Assembly: GCA_030770535.1 (NCBI GenBank)
Contig: JASVEC010000016.1
Span: forward strand, 248,001 to 312,000
Length of the DNA stretch: 64,000 nucleotides
Source of the DNA: Batkoa obscura
Lineage: Eukaryota
Direction of reading: 5' to 3'
The notes under the pieces were generated by a model. That model was not told the origin of the DNA, did no database searches, and saw only the letters and a program-made list of their open reading frames with translations. Position numbers and translations under genes: made by a program. Shown one piece after another: positions 25,586 through 38,720 of this stretch; position 1 is the stretch's first letter, and the number at the start of each line of letters is the position of its first letter.

Positions 25586-26500
25586 ATGGATGTAGATACG
25601 ATTACTCCAAATATGAATTCAACTAATTCGGAATTAACTTCCAATGATACTTTAAATGAAGGACCTTTACCTTTAACTACTCATCCATTACAATCTCAAC
25701 CATTCTATACGATAACACAAAACAGTAATAGTAGAAACAATATGCCCAATTATATAATTGAAACGTTACCGCCAAATCCATCCGTCTCACAAACCTTACC
25801 CATACGCAGTAGTTCCACTATTATCAATAAATTCTTGGATATTAACAAAGAAGAACGTATATTAAATCATAAAAATAGTTTTAGTAATTCGATTCATACT
25901 TCTATTTCTGATTTTAGTCAACATAGTAGTAATTTAAGCTTATTATCTACGGATGAATATAATACTAATATTAATGTTGCTATTGATCAATTTATTAATT
26001 TATCTATGGTATCTCCAGTCCCTTTTAAACCTAAAGATATTCGAGAAAAAGTTAGTCAAGGGTTTTTAAGAAAGCCAAATAAGTTGAAACTTAAGAAAGA
26101 TGAAAAATTAAATAGAGAAAACAGTATTTATTTTGATACAGATACTTCATTAAAAATACAACAAATACCAAAGAAAAGAGTATTGGTTGAAGAAGGTTTT
26201 TATTATCCTGATGTTACTAATGTCAATGATAAGAACCATCAAATGAATAACTATATGAAGCAAGATGTTAGTATTAAAGAAAAAATTGGTCAGTTAGCTA
26301 ATATTCCTTTTGGTGCTAAAATGTTTTGTGGAGGAGTTTTGTTTTTTCCATTATTTTATGTAGGTTCTTTTTATAAAATTCAACCTGGGGATAGAAATGA
26401 ATTACAATGGAGAGGATATAATAGAGTACTGGCTTGTTTTGTTACAGTTGTAATTACTGTGGCAATCGTATTGTTAGTCCATGGATTAACAGCGATATAA
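25586..26500 (+). CDS. Hypothetical protein, disordered N-terminus with C-terminal membrane segments, 304 aa
   Basis: Long intact ORF; hydrophobic MFCGGVLFFPLFYVGSF and WRGYNRVLACFVTVVITVAIVLLV. Confidence 0.75.
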   Translation: MDVDTITPNMNSTNSELTSNDTLNEGPLPLTTHPLQSQPFYTITQNSNSRNNMPNYIIETLPPNPSVSQTLPIRSSSTIINKFLDINKEERILNHKNSFSNSIHTSISDFSQHSSNLSLLSTDEYNTNINVAIDQFINLSMVSPVPFKPKDIREKVSQGFLRKPNKLKLKKDEKLNRENSIYFDTDTSLKIQQIPKKRVLVEEGFYYPDVTNVNDKNHQMNNYMKQDVSIKEKIGQLANIPFGAKMFCGGVLFFPLFYVGSFYKIQPGDRNELQWRGYNRVLACFVTVVITVAIVLLVHGLTAI

Positions 26501-26752
26501 GGGTATAACAGGGACAAAAGATAAAATGCGATAAGATTTGGATAAAAAAGAAAATATTTAATTTAATAAGTTTAATTTTATTTTCTGGTTTAAAATAATT
26601 TAATTATTAGTGTATAAGTTTTAAAAAAAAACAAATTTAATAAAAACTTTTAAATTTTTTTAAAAATGTTTTTTGTTCATTTTGATTTTTTAATTCAACA
26701 CTTTAAAGTTTTATTCTGTTTTATCAGTTTATAAAGACAAAAGATTTCATAA

Positions 26753-27913
26753 ATGAATCCAGTAACTACGTCAATTAAACATATACAAACAGAGCAATTA
26801 CTCAAACGTAAAGCTCAATTAATAACCGAGTTTTTTGAGTTTGTACCATTACATTTTGTTGATGAAGTGATTAATTCTGTTAATGATAAAATGTATTTAT
26901 GCTTAAGTAAATTTGAAAACATATTATATGATACTATGTTAAATCCAAAAGATATTGAAGAGGTAAAATAAACTTAATAAAATAATAATAAAAGAGAAGT
27001 AAAACAAGTAATATTAAATACCATTCATTATTTTTAGTCTATGAATCAAATTGATACACTATTAGAAGGAGCAGTTGATACCACTTTTGATGTATTTGAA
27101 TTGTATTGTATCGATACTGTATTTAACTTTACTAAAGATGAGCCTATTTCTTTGCTTCATTACAATGTAATTTTAACTACTTTTACTATTATTAGTTTTT
27201 ACTTTAACTAATATTATCTATTACTTTAGGGTTTGGATTTCAATTTGACTGCTGAAGATGAAGAAAATTTAATAAAAGAAATAGAAGAAGAAAAGAAAAA
27301 ATTAGTTGAGGTAAATAATAATAATAAGAATAGCCAAAAAATAATACAAATTAAACTCTATCATTAGGCTAAATTAAAAAATATTAAACTAAAGATTATT
27401 CAACATCATATTGATCAATATGTAACTTTAGTAACTTATTATGCTTCAGCAGTTAATCAAATTTATTTGGAATTTTCAAAGAACTCAGGTAATTTCAATA
27501 TTATTTTATTAACGATTATTAATACACTTTAAAATTCATTCTTAATCTTATATTAGACTCACCAATCTCCGAATTAATTCAAACAATTATAACTGAATTT
27601 CTCATTATTAAAGCGGAACATCAGAAAACATCCAAATTGTTAAGACTGAATTATGAAAACTTACCTACTTTAAGAGACCTTTATTTACAAAAGACATTAA
27701 TTAGTACATTAACGGAAACATTACCAATGTACAAACAAAATCCATTTTCAAATTTTAGTATTGAATTGGAATTTAATAATATAAATAAAGGAAAGGACTG
27801 GAAGGTAAAATAATATTAGATTTATTAGATTTATTAATATTAGATATTAATTCTATTTTCTATTCTAGAGAATTCATCAAGTATTAGGATTAAGTAAAGA
27901 GGATAAAAATTAA
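26753..27913 (+). CDS. MIS12: Kinetochore protein Mis12/Mtw1, 6 exons
   Basis: LITEFFEFVPLHFVDEVINSVN and QIDTLLEGAVDTTFDVFELYC match Mis12 family motifs. Confidence 0.85.
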
Positions 27914-28192
27914 ACCTAATTTATTAATGAAACTTATTTAATGAGAGAGTGAAAGAAATGGTATATGTGTTTATTTTTCATTGATTAATACTGAATATAA
28001 TTATTGAGATGAATAATTAAATGAAGTAAAGTATATTTAATTGTAAAATAATTTATTTGAGTTTTATTTATTTATTCATTTTTAATTTTTATCTTATACT
28101 TTATATTTTTAAAATATTATTAGACTAAATGGGACTGTCAAATATTTTTAACAAAACTTATAATATAAGATATGAAATCACTTTAATTAACA

Positions 28193-28298
28193 TATGGGGA
28201 TGTATTTTTGTGTTTAAGAGTTTTACTAACAAATTTTCCGCTTAAATAGTGCTTAAAATAATGGAAGAAATAATGAAGTCAAAAAAAACACTCCCATA
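28193..28298 (+). mobile_element. MITE family copy 8
   Basis: TATGGGGATGT...ACACTCCCATA, between the convergent Mis12 and RBM48 3' ends. Confidence 0.9.
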
Positions 28299-28340
28299 TA
28301 TTAATACTTTATTATTTAACTACATAAATACACCATGATC

Positions 28341-28998
28341 TTAGTCTATGTTTCCTTTTATTTTCCTTTTGACCATTTCCATTCTATCTAATAATTTTAA
28401 CTTCGTGTCTTCTATTGTTTCATATTGTGGCGCATAACTAACCCACAATGGCTGACTATAAAATATAGCATCATCTAACTTATTTTTAGCTAATCTAATA
28501 ATCACCATCATTAATATACAATAAGTTATGAACTCTATAAAATAAGTAATTTACCTAGCTTGTTCAAAAGTTTCATATTTGAACCAAAACATTTCAGTAA
28601 AAGGTTCCATATCGGGGAGAGTTAGTTGACACCAACTGGAAGTAATTTGATTAGTATTCATTATAATTATTAATCTATTATTGTTAATTAAAGTACAATT
28701 AATATTAAAACTTACTCAATAATATTACCATATTGTTGTAATAATTGTAATAGTTCTTCAACAACTCCAAGTTTTGGTACATTAGTTATCAGTAAATATC
28801 TTAATTTATTGAAATTGTCATTTAAATTTGATAATTTAGTAATTTTAATTTTTACCTTGATTCATCATTAATAGTATATGCTCTTATTAACTTTGGTTGG
28901 TCCTGCTTTTTATATCTTTTTAAAATTATAGCTGAATTGTTAGTTAATAAATGACTTGAACCGGTTCTATTGATTCTTTTACCTGGATTTAAGTCCAT
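28341..28998 (-). CDS. RBM48: RNA-binding protein 48 (RRM), 4 exons (absent from ORF track)
   Basis: Spliced AYTINDESRYLLITNVPKLGVVEEL...YGNI...EPFTE...ARLAKNKLDD...FY...VSYAPQYETIEDTKLKL matches the recalled RBM48 RRM. Confidence 0.9.
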
Positions 28999-29351
28999 GA
29001 TTCTATTACTAATTAATAGTTAGTTTAATATCATTGTGATTGTTTTAAATTAATACTTTAGATAGAACTCTGTTTGATTTTTCAAAGCTGAAATGAATGA
29101 CCAATTTATAAACTTTAAACAACAAATATAAAACAAATATTAATTTGATATCCTTTTTATTATTATTTACTAAAACAACTTTAACGATTATAATAAGTGA
29201 CAGTTTATAATTAACAAAATTTCAAGTTCCTAAATTAACAAGAATCCCATAAAATTCTCCTTTGGATTTCTATCAATAATATTAATTTAACAAAAATTAA
29301 TCTAACAAAAAAAATAACTTTGATTTTATAATTCAAAAAAAAAGTTAAAAA

Positions 29352-30849
29352 ATGGATCCATTAAATACTGTATTTGTAGAAGGAACAAAAGAAGATCAGG
29401 TATTATAATTGCCTTTCAATATACGTCCTACTACCAACCCTCGTCATTACCCTTTTATTAACCTATTTTTATAGGCTTTAGAGTTTGCCACACTTATTGA
29501 CCAACTTAAAGAAGTAACTGAAGATAGTGAAATTAGCTTAACTTCCACTACAAAAAGTTTAATTTCAAGTGAAAATTGGTCTGAAATTTATACAAAATTT
29601 GCTTTCGAAACCGCTACTTTATTAAATGTAGAATCTCATAGTAAGGATATTATTATTATTATTTAACTTTTTTTATTATTATTATTAGATATTGTAGCTG
29701 CTTTCAATTTATTATTATCACAAATTAAGTTAGCAGATAGTAGTATATTAGCTGAATTAATTCAAAATGTAGTTAACTCATTAATTGAATCTTCTCATGA
29801 GAATGGGTATTCTAAATTAGCCATGTAAGTAGATAGATTCGTTATACAAATGCTTAAAAAAAAACTAAACTTTTATTTCTAAATAGGTTAGAAATCCTTT
29901 ACAATTCCATCGAAAAGAACAATACTTTGCGTTGTACTGCTTTTGAAGGAATAATTAAATTATCAGCAAAACACAAAATTGTTAAAAGTTTGACACCTTC
30001 TTTATCAAGTATTAAAACTTGGGTCCATCAATGGGGTATTGATGCTACCCGTTCTAGGGCTTTTTATTTGTTACTTTCAAACACTCTTAAGGATTTTGAT
30101 TATAGGTAAGAGATTTATTTACTATTTCGATAATTTATTTATTTCGATTTTTAAAAAATAGAAAAGAAGCATTTGAATTTTTATTATGTTACTTATATAC
30201 TTTTGAAACCGAAACTGAAGTAACTGAAGAAATATTAAAAATTGGAGAACTCGGAATAGTTGAAGCTTTACAAATACCTGAAGTATTAAACTTTGAATCC
30301 TTATTATTATCTCAACCCATCAAAAAATTGAATGGAAGTCCATTATATCAATTAGCTGAAATTTTTTTATCTAAAGACGTGGCTAGTTATAAAGAATTTA
30401 TCTCCAATCATCAAGATTTAGTTTCCACCCATCAATTAGATCAAGATAGTTTATTGAACAAAATTAGAGTACTTACTGTAGCTTCTTTAGGAACTCAACA
30501 TTTAGGTCAACCTATTGCTTATTCCAAATTGGCTGATTGTATGTTTATTGAAAAATTAGAAGGATATGAAACTGAAATTGAAATTTATATAATTGATGTT
30601 ATTCGTGCAGGATTAATTGAAGCTAAACTGAATCAATTAGAAGCTAGTGTAACTATTACTCGTTCTACTTATCGTCAATTTGAACAAGATCATTGGAATA
30701 AGTTACTTTTAGAATTGAGTAATTGGAAAGTTTCTTTAGAGCATGTGATTAAAACTGTGAATAATGCAACTAGTAATATCAATTCCACTTTAAATCAACG
30801 TACTTTGAATGAACAAACTGAAACAAATGCAGTTACTGAATCTTCTTAA
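29352..30849 (+). CDS. eIF3m: Translation initiation factor 3 subunit M (PCI domain), 5 exons
   Basis: VFVEGT N-terminus, LRNLYNS, KIRVLTVASL, IIDVIRAGLIEAKLNQ, RSTYRQF...W. Confidence 0.9.
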
Positions 30850-31227
30850 TAGTGTGAGATGAGAATTTATAAAATAAAAATTGGGTAGATAGGATATATT
30901 AAAATGAAACTAAGATTAATATACCTTTTATAATTATTTTATTTGATATATTTTGAATTTAAGTAAATACACAAAATTCTAAAAAAGTTGCTATTTTAAT
31001 ATATTAAACTTATTAAATTATGTTTTATAATTTAATATAAATCTTTTTTATTTTGCATACTATCATTAATGCTAAACGTTATTTTATTATGATAATGATA
31101 TTATAATATAAAAAATGATAAAAAATAATGAAAATAATAATAATAGATAATAAATTCAATAATCATGTCTAATTTAATAACTTATAACAATAACTTAAAA
31201 TATTACTAAATGACTTTATTGTTATAA

Positions 31228-32728
31228 TTAAGAAGCTTTCCCTAATTCCATTTTCTTTTGCATTGAACGTTGAGCATTGTAAAGAGCAGAATCAATAATA
31301 CCAGCAATAGTTAAAATACCACCCACAATAGCACATAAAGAAGTAAGAAATGAAGTAAATGTTTTTTTGGTCTCATAAGCACTTACTAACATAGGAGAAA
31401 TTTCAAATTTAAAAAATACACCTAAATTAATTCAATTAATATTCTTTTTCTATCTTTTTAATGTATTAACATATCAAAAATTACCAGGTATTCCAGCAGT
31501 ATCTTCTCCACTCATATCTTCTTCATGTTGTGTTACTGAATATTGATTTGTTTCAATTTTTCTTCCATCGTAATAATTTAAATGAGTAGCTACTACATTT
31601 AAAAAGTATTGAAATTTTATTGGACCTTTTAAATGTTTAGGTAAATAAATAAAATTATTTTATATAAGTTTTTCTTACCAATTTCTCTTTTGTTAACTTC
31701 CCCATCCAATGGATTTTTAACATCATTAATCAATTCACCAAAAGATAATTGATTAATAGTATGTGAATAATCATAAGCTGAAGAACCATATGTACTGTGC
31801 ATATGCATACCCATAAAATTAAAAGATTCTCCTAAGGCAATATGAAATATACCTGGTATTTTTTTAACTTTAAGTTCTCCATGAATATTACATCCTTCCC
31901 CTTGTTGTTGTTTCATTTTAGATGTAATGCCTTCAAATACACACTTAAATAAAATTAATCATTAAATTAGATTTTGATTAAAATTGAAATTTTATACAAC
32001 TTACTTGCTCAAAATCTTCAAATTTAGTCATTTCCCATCCTTTTTTAGTATAAGCGGATTTAATCTCATCACATGTATTACAGCACTGTTTTTCACTACC
32101 AGCTCCATAACAAGAACCACAATAATCGGGGCCTCTTTTTTTAGTAACTGCATCTTTTTGTACATCTGAATTTGATTTATCTGAGTTGATATCTTTTTAC
32201 ATAAATTTAATATTCCAAAGAAAAAAAGGAACAAATTTAAAAAATTACCAAAAGCTTCTTTGTCTACTTCTTTACCCTCCTTATCTAAACGTACTTTATA
32301 AATATTCGATTCAAGATTGGTTTGATATTCCCCATTCGCTTGAACGGAGTCTAATGATAATACTATAAAAAATAGATATTAGTATAATATAAATAATAGC
32401 CTATTCACTTACAATAACAAGGTACCCTTGGAAAAGTAATATTAAAATGAATGGGTAATGTTTTTGTACGAGATTTATCTACAGATAACTCCCATTTCCA
32501 AGTAAGTGTATTATAGTCAATAAACTCATATAATGATAAAAGCACAATAATACCAAAGGATAATAAAGTAACTGGAGATATTGATTAGTATTTTAACTTT
32601 TTGTTTTTATTTTAAACTAATAATCACTTACCTGTACCACCAGTACTTGTCTTTATACGAAAATCATCTAATGTTTTAGCATAAGCATCAAAGCTACTTA
32701 ATCCCCTAAACTTTGTTCGAGTTCCCAT
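31228..32728 (-). CDS. ERV46: ER-Golgi COPII vesicle protein Erv46/ERGIC3, multi-exon
   Basis: SFDAYAKTLDDFRIKTSTGG, YCGSCYGA, CCNTCDE, EGCNIHG, PGVFFKFEISPM, FLTSLCAIVGG, KMELGKAS end. Confidence 0.95.
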
Positions 32729-33276
32729 TTTCTTTTAAATGAATACTTTATTTGAAGTAACAGAACAGTTGAAATCAATTGTTTTTATAATTTTTAAAAT
32801 CTTGTTAATTATTTTAAGTTAATTGTTTAATAAACCAATCAATAGTATTTACGTAAATCTTGTGACTATTATAGATTAGATCAGGTTGAGGTTATGTTCA
32901 ATTGTGGAGTCAAATAACAGATTTGCTTTATTATATGAAATCAATAAATCAAATAAGAACTAATATATAATATTATGAAATATAGATAATTATTCAGCAT
33001 GATTATCAAAAATAAGAATTAGAACTAGAATAACAAACTATTTGAAAATTTATTTAATAAATGTACAATATAATTAAATCCGAATTACAGTTCATGTATT
33101 TAATATAATCAAAAATGTTTTTTAAATAAACAATTAATAGTCCGATAAATAATTACCATCCATTAATTTTGGACTATTTGAAAAAGGAACATATTGATTT
33201 TGAATAAAAATTAATGTCAATATACACGAATAGAATTAGTATATACTCAAAAGGTTAAAAATACTGTTTTATTAAT

Positions 33277-33924
33277 TTAAGAATTAAGAAGCATTTTAAC
33301 AAAATCTAAAAATTTGCATTAAAATAAAAATAAAAAACATTGATGAGAAAACTACCTTCATAGTTAATATGACCTTCTTTTGTAACCTCTACGCCCTTTA
33401 GAAGTTCATCAACTTCAGCGTCGGTAAGTTTATCACCCAATGAAGTAAGAACTAAAAAAACATAAGCTAAAATATTCCAAAAAAAGAAACTCTATTACCA
33501 TATCTAAGCTCACCAACAGAAATAAAACCGGTACGATCTTTATCAAACACTTGAAAAGCTTGAACAAAGTCTTCGACTTCACCAGCCGGTTTAAAACCAC
33601 CAGGTCTTTGTAAAATAGTTAAAAATGTTTCAAAATCAACCATACCACTGTTATCTGGTAAACCAGTAATAATTTCTCTAAGCTCAGATTCGGTTGGATT
33701 TTGGCATAAAGCACGTAAAAGTTCTCCTACTGAAGAGGTGGAAATGGTCCCATTTCCTGTTTTATCAAATAATGAAAAGGCTTCGCGGATTTCTACAATT
33801 GAATTAGCTTCTTAACTTTTTAATCCTCTCTTTTTAATTTACCTCCTATATGTTCTTCGCTTAAATTGGCCTATTCGTTTATATTAGGTTTAAATCAAAG
33901 GTTATGTATAACTAAATTTACCAT
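33277..33924 (-). CDS. Myosin essential light chain (Cdc4/Mlc1-type EF-hand protein), 5 exons (absent from ORF track)
   Basis: EAFSLFDK, LLRALCQNPT, RPGGF, FVQAFQVFDKD, GELRYVLTSLGDKL, INYEDFVKM. Confidence 0.92.
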
Positions 33925-34220
33925 TTTTTAATAAATATTAAAAAGATAACTCAAGTAATTTAGTTCTAAAGTTTATTGTTGGGGAAAAAATAGGTGGACA
34001 AATTACAATCGATTTCATTGGATACTTGAATATGCTTCGAAAAATAGGGAACTCTTGTTTTCTAAATTTATGACTTAAGAATTAATATCAAAACAGCAGT
34101 AGATAATTGGATGCATCACAGCTGAGCATTAAAATGGTTGGTTTAAATAGTGAAAATAAATTTGAGTTTGATCTTATCTTTGATCAAGAAATCAAAAAAT
34201 TTAGATATAAAAGAATAAAG

Positions 34221-35007
34221 ATGAGTACACCACCACCAGCCTGTCCAATGCATAAAAAGGAAGAAACTAAAAATGTAGATGCATCAAAATGCCCCATGTC
34301 AAAAGCCGAATTAGGAATGAACCCTGCTAATAATATGCCTTATTTACCTAATAGAAGACTCAATGAAAATGAAGAAAAATTATCAACAGAAAGAGAAATA
34401 TCAAGTATCCCAATGAGTGTAGAAGGAAATAACGGAAACATCAATCGTTGGGAATACCCTTCACCACAACAATTTTATAACGCTTTATTAAGAAAGGGTA
34501 TGGAAACTCCAGTTGAACATATTGATACTATGGTTGATATACATAACTTTTTAAACGAAGGGGCTTGGAATGAAGTGTTGAAATGGGAGAAACTAAGTAA
34601 CTGGTAACACTAATTTACTTATTGATTATAATATTTTTATGTGGCATTTTTTAGTGACTGTTCAGATCCTAAGCTATTAAGGTTTAGTGGTAGACCGAAA
34701 GAAATGTCACCAAAAGCTTGGTTTTATACCACTTTCTTTGGGTACTTACTATGCTTACTTATAAAATATAGTAGCTAATTTTTTTAGTGCTCCAAAACCA
34801 TTTGATAGACATGATTGGATTGTAGATAGATGTGGTAAAGAAGTTAGATATGTAATCGATTATTATGCAGGAGATGAAAACCCACATGAAGATGCCCCAG
34901 AGTTTGTTTTAGATGTTCGCCCAGCCATTGACTCCCTTGGTGCCATTAAATCTAGATTGGCTGTAGCTTTTACTGAATTTTTTCAGAGATTTAATAATTC
35001 TTCATAG
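34221..35007 (+). CDS. CYC3: Cytochrome c heme lyase (holocytochrome c synthase), 3 exons
   Basis: CPM heme-regulatory motifs, [46 protein letters not shown]. Confidence 0.95.
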
Positions 35008-35189
35008 AGCACTTATTTTTATAGATTAAAGTAGTTATTATTATTATTGATTGGTAATTATAAATAAATTTGAATCACAATCACAGCCTTTAATAGCAAT
35101 ATCATGAAGTGTATTCCTATTTAGATTAAAATAATTTATTAGCTTAGAATGTACAATAATTTTTTTAAATTTTATTTCAACATTAATAG

Positions 35190-36112
35190 TTAAAGTAAAA
35201 ATTTATCAGGCTTAACAATATTATTCAAGATTAACTCTGCATTCTTTAGATCATTATTCGTTGCTCTATTCAAAGCGTTTTCGTAGGTATTTTCTAGTTT
35301 GCATTGTTAATTATATCTACAATCAATAAGTAAATTACCTATGCCAGCTTCCATATGTCTTTTAATCAAACGTTCTTTTGCTAACCCAAGTGGACAGTTT
35401 AAAAATAAGGTGAATTTGGCTAATAAATTTAAGTCTTTCCATATGGGACCATCATAAAGTAGATAGTTTCCTTCAACAATTATAAGCCTATGGCTTTGAA
35501 AATAGTTAAAAATTGATCGAAAGTAAGAAGGATATTACCTTGATAATATTTTTATACCCTTATCTACAGGATCACCAACGGAGTGGTCAAAGGAAGGAAA
35601 ATAAAAAGTATCTTTAGACTGCTTTAATTCTTGTAAGCACATGTGAAAGCCTATATATTAGTAAAATAAGTAAAATTAAGTATAGTAAACTACTTTTAGC
35701 ATCAAAAGTCCAAGGAGCTCCTCTTCTTTTAAATGCTTCTTCAGGATCCTTAATCTGAATTAATTTTATTCAATGAAAATTTATAAACATTACTTCAAAA
35801 TGAAACAATTGTTCTTTAGTTAAATGAAAACCGTCCATAGGTAAGGCTATACTGACTTCTTCTTGAAGAAGTTGATTGATTCGACTGACTAAATCGTTGG
35901 CTAAAGTCGTTTTACCAGAACCGGGAATTCCTTTATTATAAAATAAATGTTAAATGTTTATAAAAAATTTACCAGCAACTAAAATTATATATCTATCATC
36001 GTCATTAGAGCTAGATGAATATTAAAGTAAACTTAAAATGAAGCTGCCAAAATTACTTATTATAACGTTTTAAAATCTCTTCAGCCAAGCTTTCAATATT
36101 ATTTAAATCCAT
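35190..36112 (-). CDS. Yfh7-like P-loop kinase (PRK/URK/PANK-like family), multi-exon (absent from ORF track)
   Basis: AGIPGSGKTT, PMDGFH, RRGAPWTFD, PSFDHSVGDP, VEGNYLL, RLIKRH, ND..NA. Confidence 0.9.
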
Positions 36113-36203
36113 AAAAACAAAAAAAAGTAAAAAAGTAAAAAAAGAATACAATCAAATACAACGATTTTTTATTAAAAAAGCTTGTGGTTAATACAAAAAG
36201 CGT

Positions 36204-36437
36204 TTAGTTTCCTTTTTGATTAATTTTCTTTTCGAGGTCTTCAACTTCCTTTTGGGTCTTTTCAAGTTGCTCTCTCAACTTTTTAAGCTGCTCTTGCTCG
36301 TGTTTACGAACATATTGGTCTTCAGCAGCCTTTTCTCTTTTACCAAAAGAGTCACTTCCGGCACGGGCTTCGCTATAAAGACGTCTACCACTGACCATTG
36401 GGACTTGTACAATACGACGGATTGATGATTTAAACAT
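36204..36437 (-). CDS. INH1: Mitochondrial F1 ATPase inhibitor (IF1)
   Basis: Presequence plus [26 protein letters not shown] coiled coil. Confidence 0.92.
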   Translation of the reverse strand: MFKSSIRRIVQVPMVSGRRLYSEARAGSDSFGKREKAAEDQYVRKHEQEQLKKLREQLEKTQKEVEDLEKKINQKGN

Positions 36438-37330
36438 TGTTAATATTACTAGGTTAAAAGTTTTGGGGAAATTCTGACTTTGAGGTCATTTTATATGACG
36501 TAAATTTTAGTGTATTGGGCTTAAGTGGTCAGATCTGGTTTATCCAATTAAATGATGGATAATAGTTTCTAACTTTTTTGCTCCCATCAAATTCGTGGAT
36601 CAGTTTGAATATTCTTAAGCTAATTCTTAGCAGAATCTGTTTTAATAAAAAACTTTTATAAAAATATTAGTAGAAATTTTAATAGTTTAAGGCTATTACT
36701 AAGTTTTAGACACGTCTGAATGTTTTCATCCAAATAATTCATTTATTTATATAAAAATGTATAAACGAACTTTTTTCAAAATTTACTTAGAAAAAAATTT
36801 TGGATTTTAAGTTGCATAAAAATGGACAAAATCCTGAAAAAAAGAGGCTCCTCCACATTTTTATAATAAGTGGTTTTTTAAACTGAGTTCAAAAAGTGAT
36901 CAATTAAAGTATTATAAAATAGAGATAATAAAGAGTAGTGTTTTTTAACTGTGGTGTATTATATTAAAAATATTTTTATAAAGTAATATTTCATCTAAAT
37001 AATTTATCAACCTTGAAAAACAACGCTTAAATAAAATAGACTGTTTTATCGACCATGTAGGTGGATAATTAAATTTTATTTTTTGAAAACGCTCAAAATA
37101 CTTTTAGTATAATAAAAGCAATTATTCACTAAGGGTATAAAACATAAGACTGAATATTGGTTTGCCTCAACATAATTTATCCTTTGTAATTGAAAGTATA
37201 AAAATAAAAAGTTAAATTTAGTACTATTAAGTTTATAATCTATATTTATAATTATATATGTTAGAAGAACATTTTGGTGTACGAAGAATATACTAAAACA
37301 TAAAAGGTACAATAAAAAGGGCGATTTAAA

Positions 37331-38290
37331 TTAAAACCTTTCCTTAAGACGGGAAGAAATAGTTCTTAACGTCGAATATACTTTGCCTGGTGGAGAACCT
37401 AAGATTAGGGAACAGACAGCATCTTTGGCAATTCTAATGTTTTGGAATGAGCCAAGAATGTGAATTTTACTATTAAATTAAATTAATAAATTTTAAACTA
37501 ATGAAGTATTAATTATCATTACGTATCTGCCAACACAATACGCGTTTTGGTAGTATTTTCAATGGTGAACTTGGTTTTTCCATCCTTCCCTGCAATACGA
37601 CCAATAGCTCTTGAAAGATGGTCTCCTTGAAGCGTTTTAACTAGATTTTTAGTTAGTCAATGCTTTTTCGCTATTTTTAAAATCTCTTACCATCTTTAAT
37701 TTCAAAACTGTCAATATATAATTCATCTAATCGAAGTAAAGCAATTGAATCCTAAAGAATAGTTAAAACCACTTTTGATAAATATTATACAAGTCATACA
37801 TCTAAATTAAACCCTAAAGCAAAAGCCTTCACAAAGTCAGCGCCTTTTTGTAAAGCACTTTGTTCTTCAGTAAGTTCTGAAGTCTATAAAAGCAAATTTA
37901 ATAACGTTAAAAAAAACATTAATAAAAATTTTACAGCAAGCTCCACAGTTTTACTTTTAACATTCATTCTAATATTTAGCTTTAAATGTTCAACAACGGG
38001 GGTATAAAGCTTCATCCATTCCTTTCTTAAAGGGGCCATACGATGTTGTGGAATAGGCACTTTACGGCGTTCATTTCTGTTGATCTGAAAAATAAGTTAT
38101 TTTCTACTCTGGACTAACATTTAGAGCTAGATAACTGATTTTCACTTACCGTTTTTTTCTCTTCAAAAGGTTTAAATTGGGGCTTGGGAGCAACTGAGTT
38201 ATCTTCCATGTCATATTCTGTAGTTTGTGCTTGATGGGCACCAGAATTTCCAGTGAAACTGCCGTCGATCATAATATCTTGTTCATCCAT
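37331..38290 (-). CDS. PNO1: Pre-rRNA processing KH protein Pno1/Dim2, 6 exons (absent from ORF track)
   Basis: [59 protein letters not shown]. Confidence 0.96.
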
Positions 38291-38720
38291 TTTTTTAGTT
38301 TATTAGCAAAAGAGTTTAAGTCAAGTAGATTAGTTTTTAATCTCGAAATAAAATTGAAGAGTTTTATTAGCCAATTAGAACCCTGCCTGATTTTGGGGAT
38401 CAGAACAAATTGCAAAATATTTTGAAATTTATGGATAAAATTAAATGTACTTAGATACTAAGCTACAACTGGTAAGCTTTAAGTTATGTGTGTTAATTTA
38501 TCTATATACACTTATTTTTCTTATGTTAAAAAGGAATATATATTTAAAACTCACATATTAAATGCTATAATACAGTTAAACAAAAAGATCAATCATTAAA
38601 AAATAGGTATAATTTTAATCATTAGATAAAATAGGACAGTTCCCACTTGAGAAACAATAATAATGAATCAACAGTTATAACAAACTATTTATACAATACT
38701 ACAAATATTTAAAATAATTT

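Noticed and set aside
35528..35538. GTAATATCCTT donor as a U12-type 5' splice site
   Set aside because: ATCCTT is offset from the U12 consensus position (GTATCCTT); it is an ordinary GTAAT donor.
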